Shown: positions 12,626-25,349, counted from the first letter of the whole stretch. The stretch is DNA of 63,521 bases, filler included, from Sphacelaria rigidula (GCA_964200075.2; 10 parts of 10 records of this genome joined end to end with filler, not necessarily neighbours in it); one strand, 5' to 3'. Notes: generated by a model not told the origin, from the sequence alone. Program-made: numbers and translations.

Positions 12626-12725
12626 NNNNNNNNNNNNNNNNNNNNNNNNNNNNNNNNNNNNNNNNNNNNTTAATTAATTAANNNNNNNNNNNNNNNNNNN
12701 NNNNNNNNNNNNNNNNNNNNNNNNN
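12626..12725. other. Artificial scaffold-joining linker
   Basis: N44-TTAATTAATTAA-N44. Confidence 0.98.
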
Positions 12726-12737
12726 AGCATGCACACC

Positions 12738-13090
12738 CAGTGCTGTCACGAGTCTGTGATATGCTGCCGTTGCAAAAATACCAAACGCCTCGTACTCTGG
12801 AAGTGTACGTCAATGCACGTACTTCACCTAAAAAAAATCGAGGGAGTCACGATCTCGGAACGGTTTTCCCTCGATTTTTTCGAAAAATCGGGGGAAACCG
12901 TTCCGAGATCGTGACCCCCCCGATTTTTTTGGCCCCGACTTGATCCAAATCCGTGTCCATAAAATGCGTTCCCCGAATTTTTGTCCCCCCGATTTTGAAA
13001 AAATCAAGATTCGTGCTTGCCATAAAAGTGGGTCTAACAGGCGTTTGGCATTTTGCAACAACAGCAGCAGACAGTCTCGTGACAGCACCG
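12738..13090. mobile_element. MITE-like element with about 50-bp imperfect TIRs (CAGTGCTGTCACGAG...) and an internal 100-bp palindrome
   Basis: 12738-12790 pairs with 13039-13090. 12831-12930 is a near-perfect palindrome centred on TTCGAA. No TSD recognised. Confidence 0.7.
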
Positions 13091-14463
13091 ACAGTGCCTG
13101 TGAGTGCCGGCTGCTGGAGCAGCTCCGTACGGGGTTTGACAAACGGATAAGAAGTGTTTACGCCGTACCCTGCGGTGATGGCAAAATTTCATGCTGCACT
13201 GTGCTGCTGTATGTATCATCATAACGACAGGTACTGTACTATTCTTCGCTACTGTAGCGGTTGTTGCAGGGTGACGAATGACACTGCACTCGTGAACTCT
13301 TGTCGCACACGGTGCACTGCTCTCACAATTCCGACTGTACCATCATGTATTACCACACAGCATTATCTTGTGCTGTACTGTGACTGTGCAGTGCAGTGCA
13401 CTGTATCATACCCTACGGTACTACGGTACGACGCTGCTCTTGAAGGATGATTCCCTGCCTGCCTGTTCTCCGGCTTCACTGTGATACCACACCCGCCCAG
13501 AAAATGACCGTTCGTGTACAGAACAATTTCAACAAATCTGTGAAACCATACCGGGGTTACACACAAATCTCAGTTTCACGAATCTGGGTCCCCCCCGATT
13601 TGGCACAGATTTGGGTCCTGCCAGGTTCGGGATTGCCTGCCATACGAAGTGGCAACTAACAAACACAGACTTGACACAGGTAAATACTGGCGCCGCCTTT
13701 GGATTATGACAAACTTTAGAAAAGCCATTCCGGTATCGATTATAGAGACGTTTAGGGCAGGAGGCGCGGTGGTGCGCACGATGCCATCGCTTCTATGCGC
13801 TGAAACTTCGGAAACATCCCATGTACCCCACAGCCAACAAGCTCGAGAGTCTGCAATTAGGGTTCGGCGTTGCAGCAGTGCGCGAGGGGATGAAATGGGT
13901 TCGGATTCTGTTCCGAGATAATTGTTTTTAATTTTGGCGTAGGAGCGATTAGTGCTAAAGAAGTGGGTTTTTCGTCATTCGTCATAAAATGCGTTTTATC
14001 GGGTTTTCTTGAAGCATAATTGGTAGCCTAATAAGAAGCGGCTGGAGTCGGCACCGTACAGGGCGGAACTACTGTCAGGATTATTTATTTTGCATCCCAA
14101 CACGTCACATATTTTTCTCGACATTTCAGACACGGTGCCACCTATTTCACGTCGCCGAGGATGTCTTGGACGTGAAAAGAAAGACCTGAATCAGACCATC
14201 GCTTTAGGGAAGGAGGAATGGACTACAATCAGTCATGGAGGAACCGTCTCCGCCCCCCTGGAGCGCTGTACCTGCGGGCAGGATCCAGGACGCAACTGTA
14301 AAAGATAAATCTGCAAGCGGCGCAGTGAACCGGTAATTTCGCCGCTAAAACCGCGAACAAAACGATTGGGAGCGGAGTTTTTTGTTCACCGCTTACCGAT
14401 CAACTTACATATTTCAGACACCTCGCACACACCTACTCTCTCATCACCGGGAGGCGAGCAACT

Positions 14464-14768
14464 ATGGCTTGTCGACGCACGTTTGCCAACAGAGGCGAAG
14501 TCAAGAATATCTACCGACATAGCAACGCTCCAGATAGAGATGAAGCACAAAGCCGTGGCAACCCTGGAGTGACACCACATGTTCTTGCTGCTTCTCCTGA
14601 TCATGATGATGACGGTGGTGATTATGGCGGTCAAGGTGTAACCACTGTTGTTTCTGTTTCAGACCAGCTTGTACAGCGGCAGAAGGGCGGTAGGAAGCCG
14701 CGCAAGAGCTGTTCGTTTTGTGCGAAGAGAAAGAAGAAGTGCTCCGGCAACGGCATCGACAAGTGCAG
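14464..14768 (+). CDS. Exon of a Zn(II)2Cys6 (GAL4-type) binuclear-cluster transcription factor-like protein (partial)
   Basis: 'RKPRKSCSFCAKRKKKCSGNGIDKC' matches C-x2-C-x6-C-x7-C with the usual basic residues. It is followed directly by a splice donor TGCAG|GTACTA at 14769. The last two Cys would lie in a later exon, which I did not locate. Start codon uncertain. Confidence 0.7.
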
Positions 14769-14967
14769 GTACTATAGGTATGATTTGCACGGTTTGAGTG
14801 TATCTGCAGCACGGTGCAGCAGCCCGAACCTACGTACATCAAGTATAATAGTTGCCGTTACAACAAAGTAGCAAAATTCAACATTTGAACGACCAGATGC
14901 AAAAGTGCAAATCTCAAGTCATCGATTGACCCTACCAGCGTGTCCTTTCATCGTAGGGCTGCCTCGC

Positions 14968-15100
14968 CATCTCCGATACGGTACACGCGTGTCGTCAACG
15001 AGCAGTTGGTGTTGTACAGAGGATATTGCTTCGTCATCTCCGATACGGTACAAATGTGTATCAACAAGCAGTTGGCGTTGTACAGACAGGATTGCTGTTG
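14968..15100. repeat. Tandem duplication, about 67-bp unit x2
   Basis: CATCTCCGATACGGTACA...AGCAGTTGG.GTTGTACAGA occurs twice head-to-tail. Confidence 0.8.
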
Positions 15101-17102
15101 TACGGTACAGCTCCACGATGCGTTCGAAAAAGTAAAGCATAATACCACCGTAGGTATCTTGAGGGTATTGATCGGATGCCTTCATTATATGACTTTACAC
15201 ATACATCTCAGCCCCAATCCTAACCCCTATCCCACCGAGGCAAATCTTCGGGTGGGAGCTTGCATAGACGGTGCCCTTTTCTCGGGCAAGTTTGCGTTGG
15301 CAAAGTCTCAGATCGGCGTTTGACCGATGTGGCCAAAACCGCGCCCTTCACGTGCACCGAAGCGATGGGTCGGGCCCATGATGATATAATACAGTACAGT
15401 ACAGCAGCCTCCTAAGTAAGGATTCGAAATCCCGCGATGTGGGTCTCACCATCATTTCCCAAGTCAACACGACGCCGATACAACGAATGACTCACCCTGG
15501 CGGTGAAGGGGTAAACTCGTCGTGGAACAACCCTATGAGAAGCCTACAGTCTGTGTGTATGAGGGCTGTGTATCTACCGTATTCAACCATACGGGCGATA
15601 TTCATGTAATCAAATACAGGTCAAAAGTTTTGACCAGTGTGGATTTTCTTGGAAACGTAAAATGTTTCGTAATTTTGGCGGTCACGTATGAGAACGGTTG
15701 AAACAGCGGAGCACTTCACTTGCGCCAGCATGCCTCATCTGCTGAGTTGGCATCAATTTCACTTCAGATACGCTCGTGATCAAAGGAGGTCAACCACTGT
15801 TCGCTATCAAGACAGGACGGTCAAAGACTGCAATGACTGGAATTATCTCATTCCTGGCTACTCCCCGCCGATACTATTGTAGAGACGACAATCTATCGAG
15901 CAGGGAGTTGAAGGTTGGCCGTTCCTCATGCGTTATGGAAATCGTCGTCGGAAAAATCAAACGAGTACTTGAAATTGTTGATGCACGCCTCTAGGCTGCG
16001 GCCGCACTATACAAGAATGGTCTACCAATATGATATTTGACCATTTTGCGTTGTGGTCAACTGCATTGTGGTGGACCACGCAGCAAGTTCTTCGTCTGAT
16101 ACTTCATGTGCGTACCTCGCACTAAAGATGCTTACACTCTTCGGTGACCCTAGCTGAGGAGTAAGTCATTGTTACTCCAGTGACAGTACTGTCTGTACAG
16201 TATGCATGATCCAGATGGACAACCCTTCGGCCGGGACGTTGTCCATCTCGGTAACATATCCTCCATACTTATTTCAAGTGAAATTGATGCCGATTCAACA
16301 GATGCCGTTCACCGCTTGATAGACGCTTTGGTTCTGCGAGCTGGGTCTATGCTCACCTACCCGACAAAGTTTCTCAGAACTTTCTTGAATTTAAAATCGA
16401 GTAGTCATGCCGTCAACCATCGATATACGCTCGAAGCTTCAGATCTAGGTCGACTGGCTCACATACAGCGGAGTTTACCCTTTGGTTTGGTTCTATCCGT
16501 AGATGTGCTTGCACTACATCCCGACCCATCGCAGCTTCATGTAATGGTGAGGGTCACATGAGGCGACCTGAAGTCTTGGGCATAGATTTATGATTGATTT
16601 TTTCGAACAAACCGTGAATAACCCTTAATCCAACCGACCAAGACCCTCGGGCAAGGGGGTACATACATCATATTTCATATTTTCAACTATTCGACCGTGG
16701 TGGGGGGTAGTCCATCTGGATGACTAATACCCTTTTCAAGTGAATATTAAACATGGATGCCTATTCAGCAGGTGACCTACCCTCGCGGTCCAAGGGTAAC
16801 AAGCGAAATTGTGTTGTTGCCGTACTGTCCGTGCGAACATTTTTACGATGGTACGTGTGTTTGGCCGTGTCTTATCCGGACAAAGAAGAAGCGTGTCGAT
16901 TGATAGCTGCAATTTCACTCCCCGCGACGAAAACAAAGCGACGGCGTTTTCTCTTCAGGTGGCGGCGTTTTGTCATGAAGCGACGGCGCTTTTTCCAACA
17001 ATGATTTGGGATTATTTTGGGATGGAATATCGGTCCATAGTAAGAAAAAATATGGAACACAGAGCTAGGGATGTGCGAATCGGGGAGATGTCAGTCTCTG
17101 AG

Positions 17103-17963
17103 TAGGCTTTAGTTCCGTATGCGCGCACAAAGTTTAGCTTAATGGGGGTTATGGGCTTAAATAGACTTTTTTTTATCCCAACGGTGATAATTAGCTTGAT
17201 ATGCTTGAAACGCGCATAAAACGCCCATAAACGGCGCATAGAGTTGCGATAAATGTTACGCGTCTTCTGCAGCCAGCTGCCCGCAAGCGCTCCATGTGGC
17301 GTGACTCGTCAGCAGACCGATTGGCTTGGGGCTTCAATACTCCAAACTTCCATGGTCGTGTTTCGTGTTTTTATTTTGGGGCGGGTCTGACCAGGAAAAC
17401 GTTCCATTTTATATTTTTCATAAATGGTACTCTGTTGTAATAAAAAAAAGTGACTCGAGACTATTACATCTGCGCGTGTTCGTACAGCGTACAATCGATA
17501 CCGGTAGTTCGACAAGATTTTCAGCGTCGACTGATGGTAGATGATGAGGAGGGAGATGGAGGCTTGTAGCTTGTGGCTTGCCGGGTGAGAGACCAAAGGC
17601 TGCAATGCCCTGTGTCCAGAGGCTACAATACCCTACCCGTGTACCATGTATCGTGAGTGTAGTGGGATCTATTGTTTCGTACGTGAGTTAGGGTGTAGCT
17701 GTGCAAGTTGTGGCCTTCAAACTCAATGACTGATGAAAAGCTTCGCTTTTCAATTCAAAATAAACATGAAACTTCGAATGCCCAACTCGTCGTTTTGTCC
17801 TCATGCCAGAAGGCGCGCCTCGTGAGGGGATACTGCCACAACGCCACAACAAGGACGGAAATACAAGGCGCATAGAGCGCGCCTAATTTGCGCTGAAAAA
17901 GCTTATACTTTTTTTTCAGATCCTTAATTTCAAGAAAAAACGCGCATACGGAACTTAAGCCTA
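17103..17963. mobile_element. hAT-like MITE (TIR TAGGCTTWAGTTCCGTATGCGCG)
   Basis: 23-bp TIRs with one mismatch. Flanks TCTCTGAG and CCTCTGAA (6/8 match) fit an aged 8-bp TSD; TAG termini. Confidence 0.75.
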
Positions 17964-18018
17964 CCTCTGAATAGTGTCAGGGCCGCTTGACGATATTTTT
18001 CGACCATAGACAACTTGA

Positions 18019-18112
18019 CCCTTAGACCGCGATGCTAGTAGTTCATCTGGATCGTTTTCCAAGTTAATATTGATGCCAATTCAGCAGGTGACCTACCCTC
18101 GCGGTCATGGGG
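18019..18112. mobile_element. piggyBac-type micro-MITE (decayed copy)
   Basis: TTGA|CCCTTAGACCGCGA ... TCGCGGTCATGGGG|TTAA; same family as 21815-21912. Confidence 0.65.
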
Positions 18113-18835
18113 TTAACATCATTTCCTCTTATCCATGTGCGTACACTTGATTTAAAACTACATTCTTAGAACGAGAAAATCGTGCGTTCACGCGACGCCC
18201 TCCCTGATTGATTGATTGATTGATTGATTATCTCACATTAGCTCCTATTCAGACGCCACTTACGCGTCCACAACCCTGACACGCATGCCTAGTCAGACTC
18301 CTTTTTTCTTACCTCTTTCAGAGTCTTTCTAGGATACCCCCCCACAAGAAAAAACAGCCCAAAACTGTTACGAAGAAAATAGTCATAAGAGCTAGGCCAG
18401 CTGACCGTTTTTTTTAATGTTTCCGGGCCTGGCTGTGTGTAATTCGAGAAGTTGGGTGCTTTAATTTTGACACGACATTTTTGTCATCACTACGCACAAC
18501 CTTCGGGGGGATGCAAGGAGAAAGAGGGAAAAACAAAAAGTCAGAGCGATTTGAAATTTCTGCAAGAACTGGGAAAATGCTACGGGTGTAATTCGCTGAA
18601 AAGAAAGAAATACGTCGGCATCCCTCGGGTTGTTGTGCGTACTTGTGTCCAGGATATCCTGGTGCAATTTTTGGCCGAAAAAAACTCAAACTGGGCGCAG
18701 CGGAGCACTTTTTGTGTGACACCGCTGCGCCCGTTTAATCCAAGTGATACAGGAGACTCCAGTTAATAAGGAGGTCACGATTTCGAATCCCGACGGACTC
18801 TTTTTTTTTGTTCCGTCGCCGCCTACTGCCGCCGC

Positions 18836-18970
18836 GCCCCGGTGGTGTAATGATGGTCCGACTGTCGCCATTAGTGTGGAGAGAACGCGGGTCCGATTCC
18901 CGATGCGTTGGGTTTTTTCTTCGCAATGTATGATTTCCACCGTGGAAAGCGTGAGAACGTGAGCGAACGA
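18836..18970 (+). mobile_element. tRNA-derived SINE-like repeat, family 1
   Basis: Pol III box A TGGTGTAATG and box B GGTCCGATTCCC. Homologous copy on the minus strand at 48765-48896, with similarity extending past the tRNA-like head. Confidence 0.65.
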
Positions 18971-18987
18971 AGTAGTCGACTGGGTTT

Positions 18988-19087
18988 NNNNNNNNNNNNN
19001 NNNNNNNNNNNNNNNNNNNNNNNNNNNNNNNTTAATTAATTAANNNNNNNNNNNNNNNNNNNNNNNNNNNNNNNNNNNNNNNNNNNN
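18988..19087. other. Artificial scaffold-joining linker
   Basis: N44-TTAATTAATTAA-N44. Confidence 0.98.
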
Positions 19088-19241
19088 GCAGTACATTTTT
19101 CGACCGTGTATTCCATTGTCCAGGGTATGTACGTATTCGTAAAAAAATGAGCGTCAGAATCCGGGAAAATTTGAAGAAGTTGCGAGCTTGAAAGATGGGA
19201 TACAAGAAGAAATGGAGCGGCAGGAAATCGATCATTATTTT

Positions 19242-19464
19242 TGTGATGAGTTAGAGGACCGCGTGCTTAGAGGATCGTATCAGAATTTCAACACCCCTAT
19301 GGTTAGGGTTAGGGTTAGGGTTAGGGTTAGGGTTAATGTTGGGGTTGGAGTCAAGGGCGTGGTCTTTACAGGGACTGGCCCGATTGATTTTGAACGAAGT
19401 CGATCCTGAAGTGTTTTGGACTACGATGCGATCCCCTAAGCACGCGGTCCTCTCACGCATTGCA
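19242..19464. mobile_element. MITE carrying telomere-type repeats, copy 1
   Basis: TIR consensus TGTAATGCGTGAGAGGACCGCGTGCTTAGAGG; internal (TTAGGG)5 at 19303-19332. Confidence 0.8.
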
Positions 19465-20850
19465 ATTATTGTGTCGTGCAACGAAAGTTCGTACGTGTGA
19501 AGAATAATTGCCGTATGAAACATAACACAGGCGGCCATTTGGTTACCGTCATAAAAATCCTATCGAGGATAAAATACCCTCTAGAGGGTGTTTCATTCCC
19601 AGGTAGCTGCGGTCATAAACGAATCTTCTGGAGGGCATATGACGCTCCTGTGACTCCTGAGGGCTGAATCCCTCGAGAGAAACAAAACAGATGGTGCTCT
19701 GGAGGGTCACGCATCCTCCAAATTCCTCCGGAGGGGTGCGCGGCCCTCCAGAGGCTAAATGTTCGTCTGGAGGCTCGAAAAGTTGACCGGAACAGAGTTT
19801 TTTGGGAGTAGCAAAATGGCCGCATGTGAAATAATTTGCTGGGCTAGAAATGACATTTGGCCGGAATGAGCATGATGCAATCTTTTCGGCGAACCGTGAG
19901 ATATGGTAAAATAATAATATAAACCTCACATCGCTGGCGAAGTAAAGCCTCGAGCCTTGCTACCAAAAGCTGAAAAGCTGTACTTTGTAAGGGGAGCGGC
20001 ACTACTGTATTGGCTTGCTGGTGCCGCGGCTACCACCAAAATCCTCGACAACGTGCCCATCATTGGGCAAAAGCGCATGTTTCGCGAGGCGGGAGCACGT
20101 ATGGTCCTCACACCTTTGAAAGACTGCATCTGTCTGACGGGACCAGTCCTCAACCGAAACATAGTGCGTTTCAACGCGGTATAAGTCTTTTGACGAGAGA
20201 ACTCTTGAAAACGCAACGACTATAATTATTGCGTGTTGTATTCAGCAGTCTGTCTCCCTTGGCCAGTCCTGTTTCTCGAAACAATCATTACGATGTGCAT
20301 GTCCTCACTCACTTCTTGGTGGATCAAAGCCCAAACAAGCACATCACACGTGAAGGAGAGCTACCGTGAGGGTAATTGGGTTCACCGTGAGGGCTGTGTC
20401 GAGCAATGCTTCGGGGATTCGTCGAAGTCTCGTGGCTTACGTTTGAACCGCATCAATCGACCGTGCTTGCCAGTTGCATGTTGGTCGTTGTGGGCAAAAT
20501 GTTATCGTATCCAAGTCAGAGCTGTTATCGGCGCCCGTGTCGGAATATTAAAACACATCCCCATACTTCGCAACCAAGTATACCGGTCACGAGTTCCAGT
20601 CTGGATCACTTCAAGTCACCCCGCAACACCGAAAAACCGTCCACTGCAACTGCGACACCCGCTTCTGTGAACAGTGTTGCCGGGGTAGGATAGTGTCGCT
20701 GGCATTTCATGATAGGTCAAAGATTCAAGAAACAGGATAGTTAGCTTCTCAATTTTAACCTGCAATAGCAGCAGGAGGAGCTGTTCAGCCATCCATGATT
20801 CATTCCATCATGCGACCACGGCTGGATTCCTGGGGGCGTCAGTTACGTTG

Positions 20851-21035
20851 CTGTAATGCGTGGGAGGACCGCGTGCTTAGAGGACCGCATAGTAGTTCAA
20901 AACCAGTCGCGAGTCGCTGCAGGAACCACGCCCCTGACCCTAACCCCAACACTAAGTCTCACCCTAACCCTAGCCCTAGGGGTGTTAGAATTCCGATGCG
21001 ATCCCCGAAGCACGCGGTCGTCCCACGCACTACAG
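20851..21035. mobile_element. MITE carrying telomere-type repeats, copy 2 (opposite orientation, internally shortened)
   Basis: CTGTAATGCGTGGGAGGACCGCGTGCTTAG ... AAGCACGCGGTCGTCCCACGCACTACAG; degenerate CCCTAA units inside. Confidence 0.8.
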
Positions 21036-21814
21036 TGCGACAGTCAATCAATCAAAATCAATCAGGGTCCCAAAACAATTCCTCTCCTCCTGATGAAAAA
21101 CAAACACTATGCGGAACCCTCACAATCAACCCGCAACGCAGAAACGCCATCAGCGCTCATCACTGCAAACGTGACGCCTGCATTTTTAGACAGGGTAGCC
21201 GGCGCAGGGAGGTGTTGCACCATTTACGACAGCAGCAGGAGCTTTTTTTGCATTTGTCTATAGGTTTCCGATAGCTTCGGCTCTAGCCAAAACATTATAC
21301 AGCTTGACCATTGAAAACTCGAGAACCGACATGGCCGACACGGCACTCACACGTACGTACCGCAGCGTGAAAACTACGGTCTATCACCTCTTACCGCATG
21401 AATGACATTGCGGTGCTGACCGCCGCGAATGCGACACACGCGTATGTCCACGAGTGAGCTGCGACAGGGTATAGTATCGCTGTATTCGCGATGACACGCG
21501 CTATCCAGAGATAACAACGTTTTCGTGATATTGAGAGTAGAGGACACGACCAAGAGTGAGAAGAGGTCAATGAGTGAATGAATCGGTTCAGTTCCGAAAA
21601 ATCCCTTCATGAGGCCCGATATGCTTTCTGTAGTAGCTTGTCACTGAAGCCCTTCATATCCCTGAGTAGGATATCGACTTGTAGCTGTAAGCACACGTCA
21701 CTAATACAGGCAAACTAGACACACACATACTGTAAAATTAGTCACTTTGAAGCAAATGATGAAACCCGCTCTCAATCAACGCTTTAACCTCAATTGTCAC
21801 GAAAACAGGGTTAA

Positions 21815-21912
21815 CCCCTAGACAGCGAGAGTAGGTCATGTGTGGAATCGGCATTATTTTTACTTTAAACAAGTTTGCATGGTCCAGGTAGACTGCCCTC
21901 GCGGTCTAAGGG
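21815..21912. mobile_element. piggyBac-type micro-MITE, 98 bp
   Basis: TTAA on both sides (21811-21814, 21913-21916); termini CCCCTAGACAGCGAG ... CTCGCGGTCTAAGGG. Confidence 0.75.
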
Positions 21913-22303
21913 TTAAATGTGTTTTTGTTCTACACGGTTCAACAACAGACAAGTATAAGTGCTAACAATATATTTTGGCGATCATCTCGCGTATCCCCGT
22001 TAAACCCACTCCTTGATAGAGAAAGGACAACAACTGTTCTTTTCGGGGCGGACAGACGTGAGCTCTAGGTATGATTTTCCGCAAGTTTGCAGTTCCACAA
22101 GTACACAGATGTGTGCCAACCATGATTTTGTTTATCCTCTCTCATATATCAAACCCACGTTCAAGAACGTTTTCGTGACATTGAGAGTACAGCGCTGATT
22201 GAGATTGGCTTTGGTAATTCGCTTTAACCTAGCCAATTTTTCATTCCGCGTGTGCTGTTCTTTACCTCTATCACTAGCGTATGCTCACGGCTGCACATCG
22301 ATA

Positions 22304-22516
22304 TTGTAATGCGTGAGAGGGCCGCGTGCTTAAGGGACTGCGCCGAGGCTAGAAACACCTCACGATCGATGTTTTCCAAAACCAACCGGGCCAATCCCTG
22401 CACGTACCACGCCCCTGACCCCAACCCCAACACTAACCCGAACCCCAACCCCAACCATGAGGATGTTCAAAATCCGATGCGGTCCTCTAAGCACGCGCTC
22501 CTCTCACGCATGACAG
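22304..22516. mobile_element. MITE carrying telomere-type repeats, copy 3
   Basis: Same TIRs; internal CCCCAA/CCCTAA-like run. A fourth partial copy lies at about 24858-25010. Confidence 0.8.
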
Positions 22517-24199
22517 ATATTCTACTCAGGGATATCAAGGGCCTCAGTGGCAAGCTACTGCAGAAAGCATATCGGGCCTCGTGGAGGGACATGTCGAAAC
22601 TGAAACGACTCATCAACTAATCGACCGTTTTGCACTCTCAATCGTATCCTCTAGTCTCAATCTCATGAAAAAGTTGATGTTCATGAAAAAAATCGAAAAC
22701 GCCCGTTCATGAACTTCATACCAACGGATTTCACGACGTTCGATGTCCGCACAACACGCCGTTTGATACCCCGCCCTCAACATTTTGGAACCAATTGCAT
22801 TCGATCGCCCCATCTCATCTTTTATTGGTGATTTTGGGAAATATCTGGATGCGCACTCGTTCTGTCGCGGATGTTTATACGCAATGAATGCCGCATGTCC
22901 CGTGAAATGTCAAAACGCATGTCACTTGATAATCGATCATGGTCCTGCGCGTGAGACTTATACTTCGAAGTGTAGATAGTCCGCTCTAAGCTCCGGGTTC
23001 TCCTATTTTATCTAATCGAACGTGTTGGGAACCGCCAAAGTTTCCTCAGCGATGAAGGTCTGATCGTGGAGTCTGGAATATCCTATCTCAAAAGATCCAA
23101 AACCACAAATCCTTTTAGTGTACCCCTCCCCACATCCCGTTCACTCGACCATTTCGCACCTCCTGATTGAAACACACCTCAGGTATACACGTTCAAGAGT
23201 TGGGCACCCGTCACGAGTGGAGCCCACTTTCTTGACCCAATAATTTCCTATACTACTCCAAGCAGTCTGACCCTTTTAACCCACAGGGAGCGGGCGGGGA
23301 GTCTTTGTTGTTCGCCCCGCATGAACGCCATGAGGTTGGTGCATCTCACAGTCGTCGGATCCGCGGCAGCTTCATTCTCGAAAAGCACAGGCGCTGCAGC
23401 GGCAGGTGGCAGCATCAGGGGAACTCTTTCCTCGCCGGGGCGGTTGCTTCAAACGGTGAGAACCACATTGAGAATAGTACGAATAGTCTAGGATGCAGTT
23501 ATTCCATGCTCGTGTGTGAGGGTAATATCGTGTGGGAAGATGGCAGGGGACAACATAGTACAAGGTACAAAGGTTGTATTGTGTAGGGTATACCGGCCGA
23601 AACTCAGGTTCTTACATACGAGCTGGGCCGGCCTACTCGCGGACTTGAGCTCGTAAAGTAATCTTTCATCGACACACAGGAGTTGGGCCGTGATCCGCAT
23701 ATGGTATCGATGCCCTGATCGAGGGGGAACTTGCCCACCTGCTCAAAAGTCTGGGGCCCGTTTTAATCGTTGATTAACCCTTAGACCGGGAGAAGAGTTT
23801 TCTGCTGAATCGGCATCAGTTTCAGGTGGAAAAAAGTATGCACGATCCAGGAACACAAATCTCGCGGTCTCGGAGTTAAACCACGTGTCTGGTCATTCCC
23901 GTACCATGCGGAGATAGAGTCCATACCTACCTCTATATGAAACCCCGAACGATAGATACAGCGGATGGATGATGCCGATTTTTTGAGTGAGCATTCCCTG
24001 GAGCACGGGGAGACGATAGGCACCCTCATCTTCGCCTAAATGCCCCATTCGTGGCTCAGTATTTGAAGGTGGGCCACAAAAAAACGCCAACGACAACGAA
24101 CAGGGCATACCAGAAAAGGTTTGCGTGGGCTCTTTTTTTTTTTCTTCTCATGAGTCGAAGGCAATAATCAGTCTTCGGGTTTCAGTAAAATGTCCTGGT

Positions 24200-24530
24200 C
24201 CAAGTATACGTCTTTGTACTGGGCCCTATTCGGTGTCCTAGACATTGATGAGCTGTGAATGGGCCTGCAAAATACAAATCCGTTTCCATGCTGGCCCAGC
24301 TCGAAAGCATGAAAGGTTTACAAGCGGTAAATATACCCTTTTTAGCCATGCCGGATTGTTCGGAACAAGGCTCGGTATACCCTGCCGGACGATACCAGGA
24401 TCGGCGCACTTTTCGATATGTAGTATGCCAACCAAAAAATCCTCACTTCCGGGTACATACCCTTCACAGTAGTGTAAAACACTACCTTGCAATCAGGTAC
24501 GACACAGCAAACATGGTTTGACGATGAAAC
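24200..24530 (+). pseudogene. Decayed Gypsy RT-RNase H fragment
   Basis: 'PFLAMPDCS' and 'HTLHSSVKHYLAI' resemble Gypsy 'PILAMPD.S' and 'RTLSSAERNYSAT' motifs; frames broken. Confidence 0.3.
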
Positions 24531-25128
24531 GTAGAAGAAGGTTTGAGGTCGCAAAATGTTTCTCATTTTTTCCCCCCATTATGGAGATCGGGTGTGACGC
24601 CCGCGGAGTACAACCTTGCGACTGTGGTTTGTGACGAACAGGCGTGGCATGACTGTATGCATGCACAATACACAGAAGAGGCGAACAAGGGCCAAATGTA
24701 TTTGGAGTGTAGTCATCATCCAGGTAGAAGTGCGTGGTTGTTTTCGCTTGTTTCTTTCAAAGATTCTCCGTCTCTCCGGGGGTCTGCGAGGAGAAAACGT
24801 GTTGGACACATCAGAGTTGTTGAGTTGGGGGGGTGGGGTGGAGAGAGGGGATAATCGAAGTTCAAAACACCTCAGGATCGACGTTTTTCAAAACCAATCG
24901 GGCCAGTCCCTGCTGGGACCACGCCCCCGACTCTACCCCTAATCCTGATCATAGTGACGTTCAAACTCCAGTGCGATCCTCTGAGCACTCCGTCCTTTCT
25001 CGCATTACAGTAAAACCCAGCCTGCTATCCCTTGGTTGAAAGCCGAGGTGTTGGCGGGTGTGGCATTCAGACCAGCTCCCCCCCCCCCCCTAAGCTCATC
25101 TTCAGCAGCTGATCTTGCCATGATTTTA

Positions 25129-25349
25129 CTTCCTCTGTCCCATAAGTCTGTATCGTTATGGACATTTCATCGCGTGGGTATTTCAATGCTCACGATCATG
25201 CTACAGTTGGGCTCGTTGGAGAGATGACGTGCAGACGAAGCTGACTGAGAAAAAAAACGAAAAAAAAAATGTTTTCAATACTAAAATCATATCAAAATAT
25301 ACCCCATTTTGGCCCTTTTGGGTCCACTTACACACCGATGTTGACCGAT
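25129..25349. mobile_element. Tc1/mariner (Stowaway-like) MITE end, truncated by scaffold end
   Basis: TA|CTTCCTCTGTCCCATAAG; aligns to the right arm of 47394-47999. Confidence 0.75.

Noticed and set aside
19303..19332. Chromosome-end telomere
   Set aside because: Only five units, internal to a TIR-bounded repeat.
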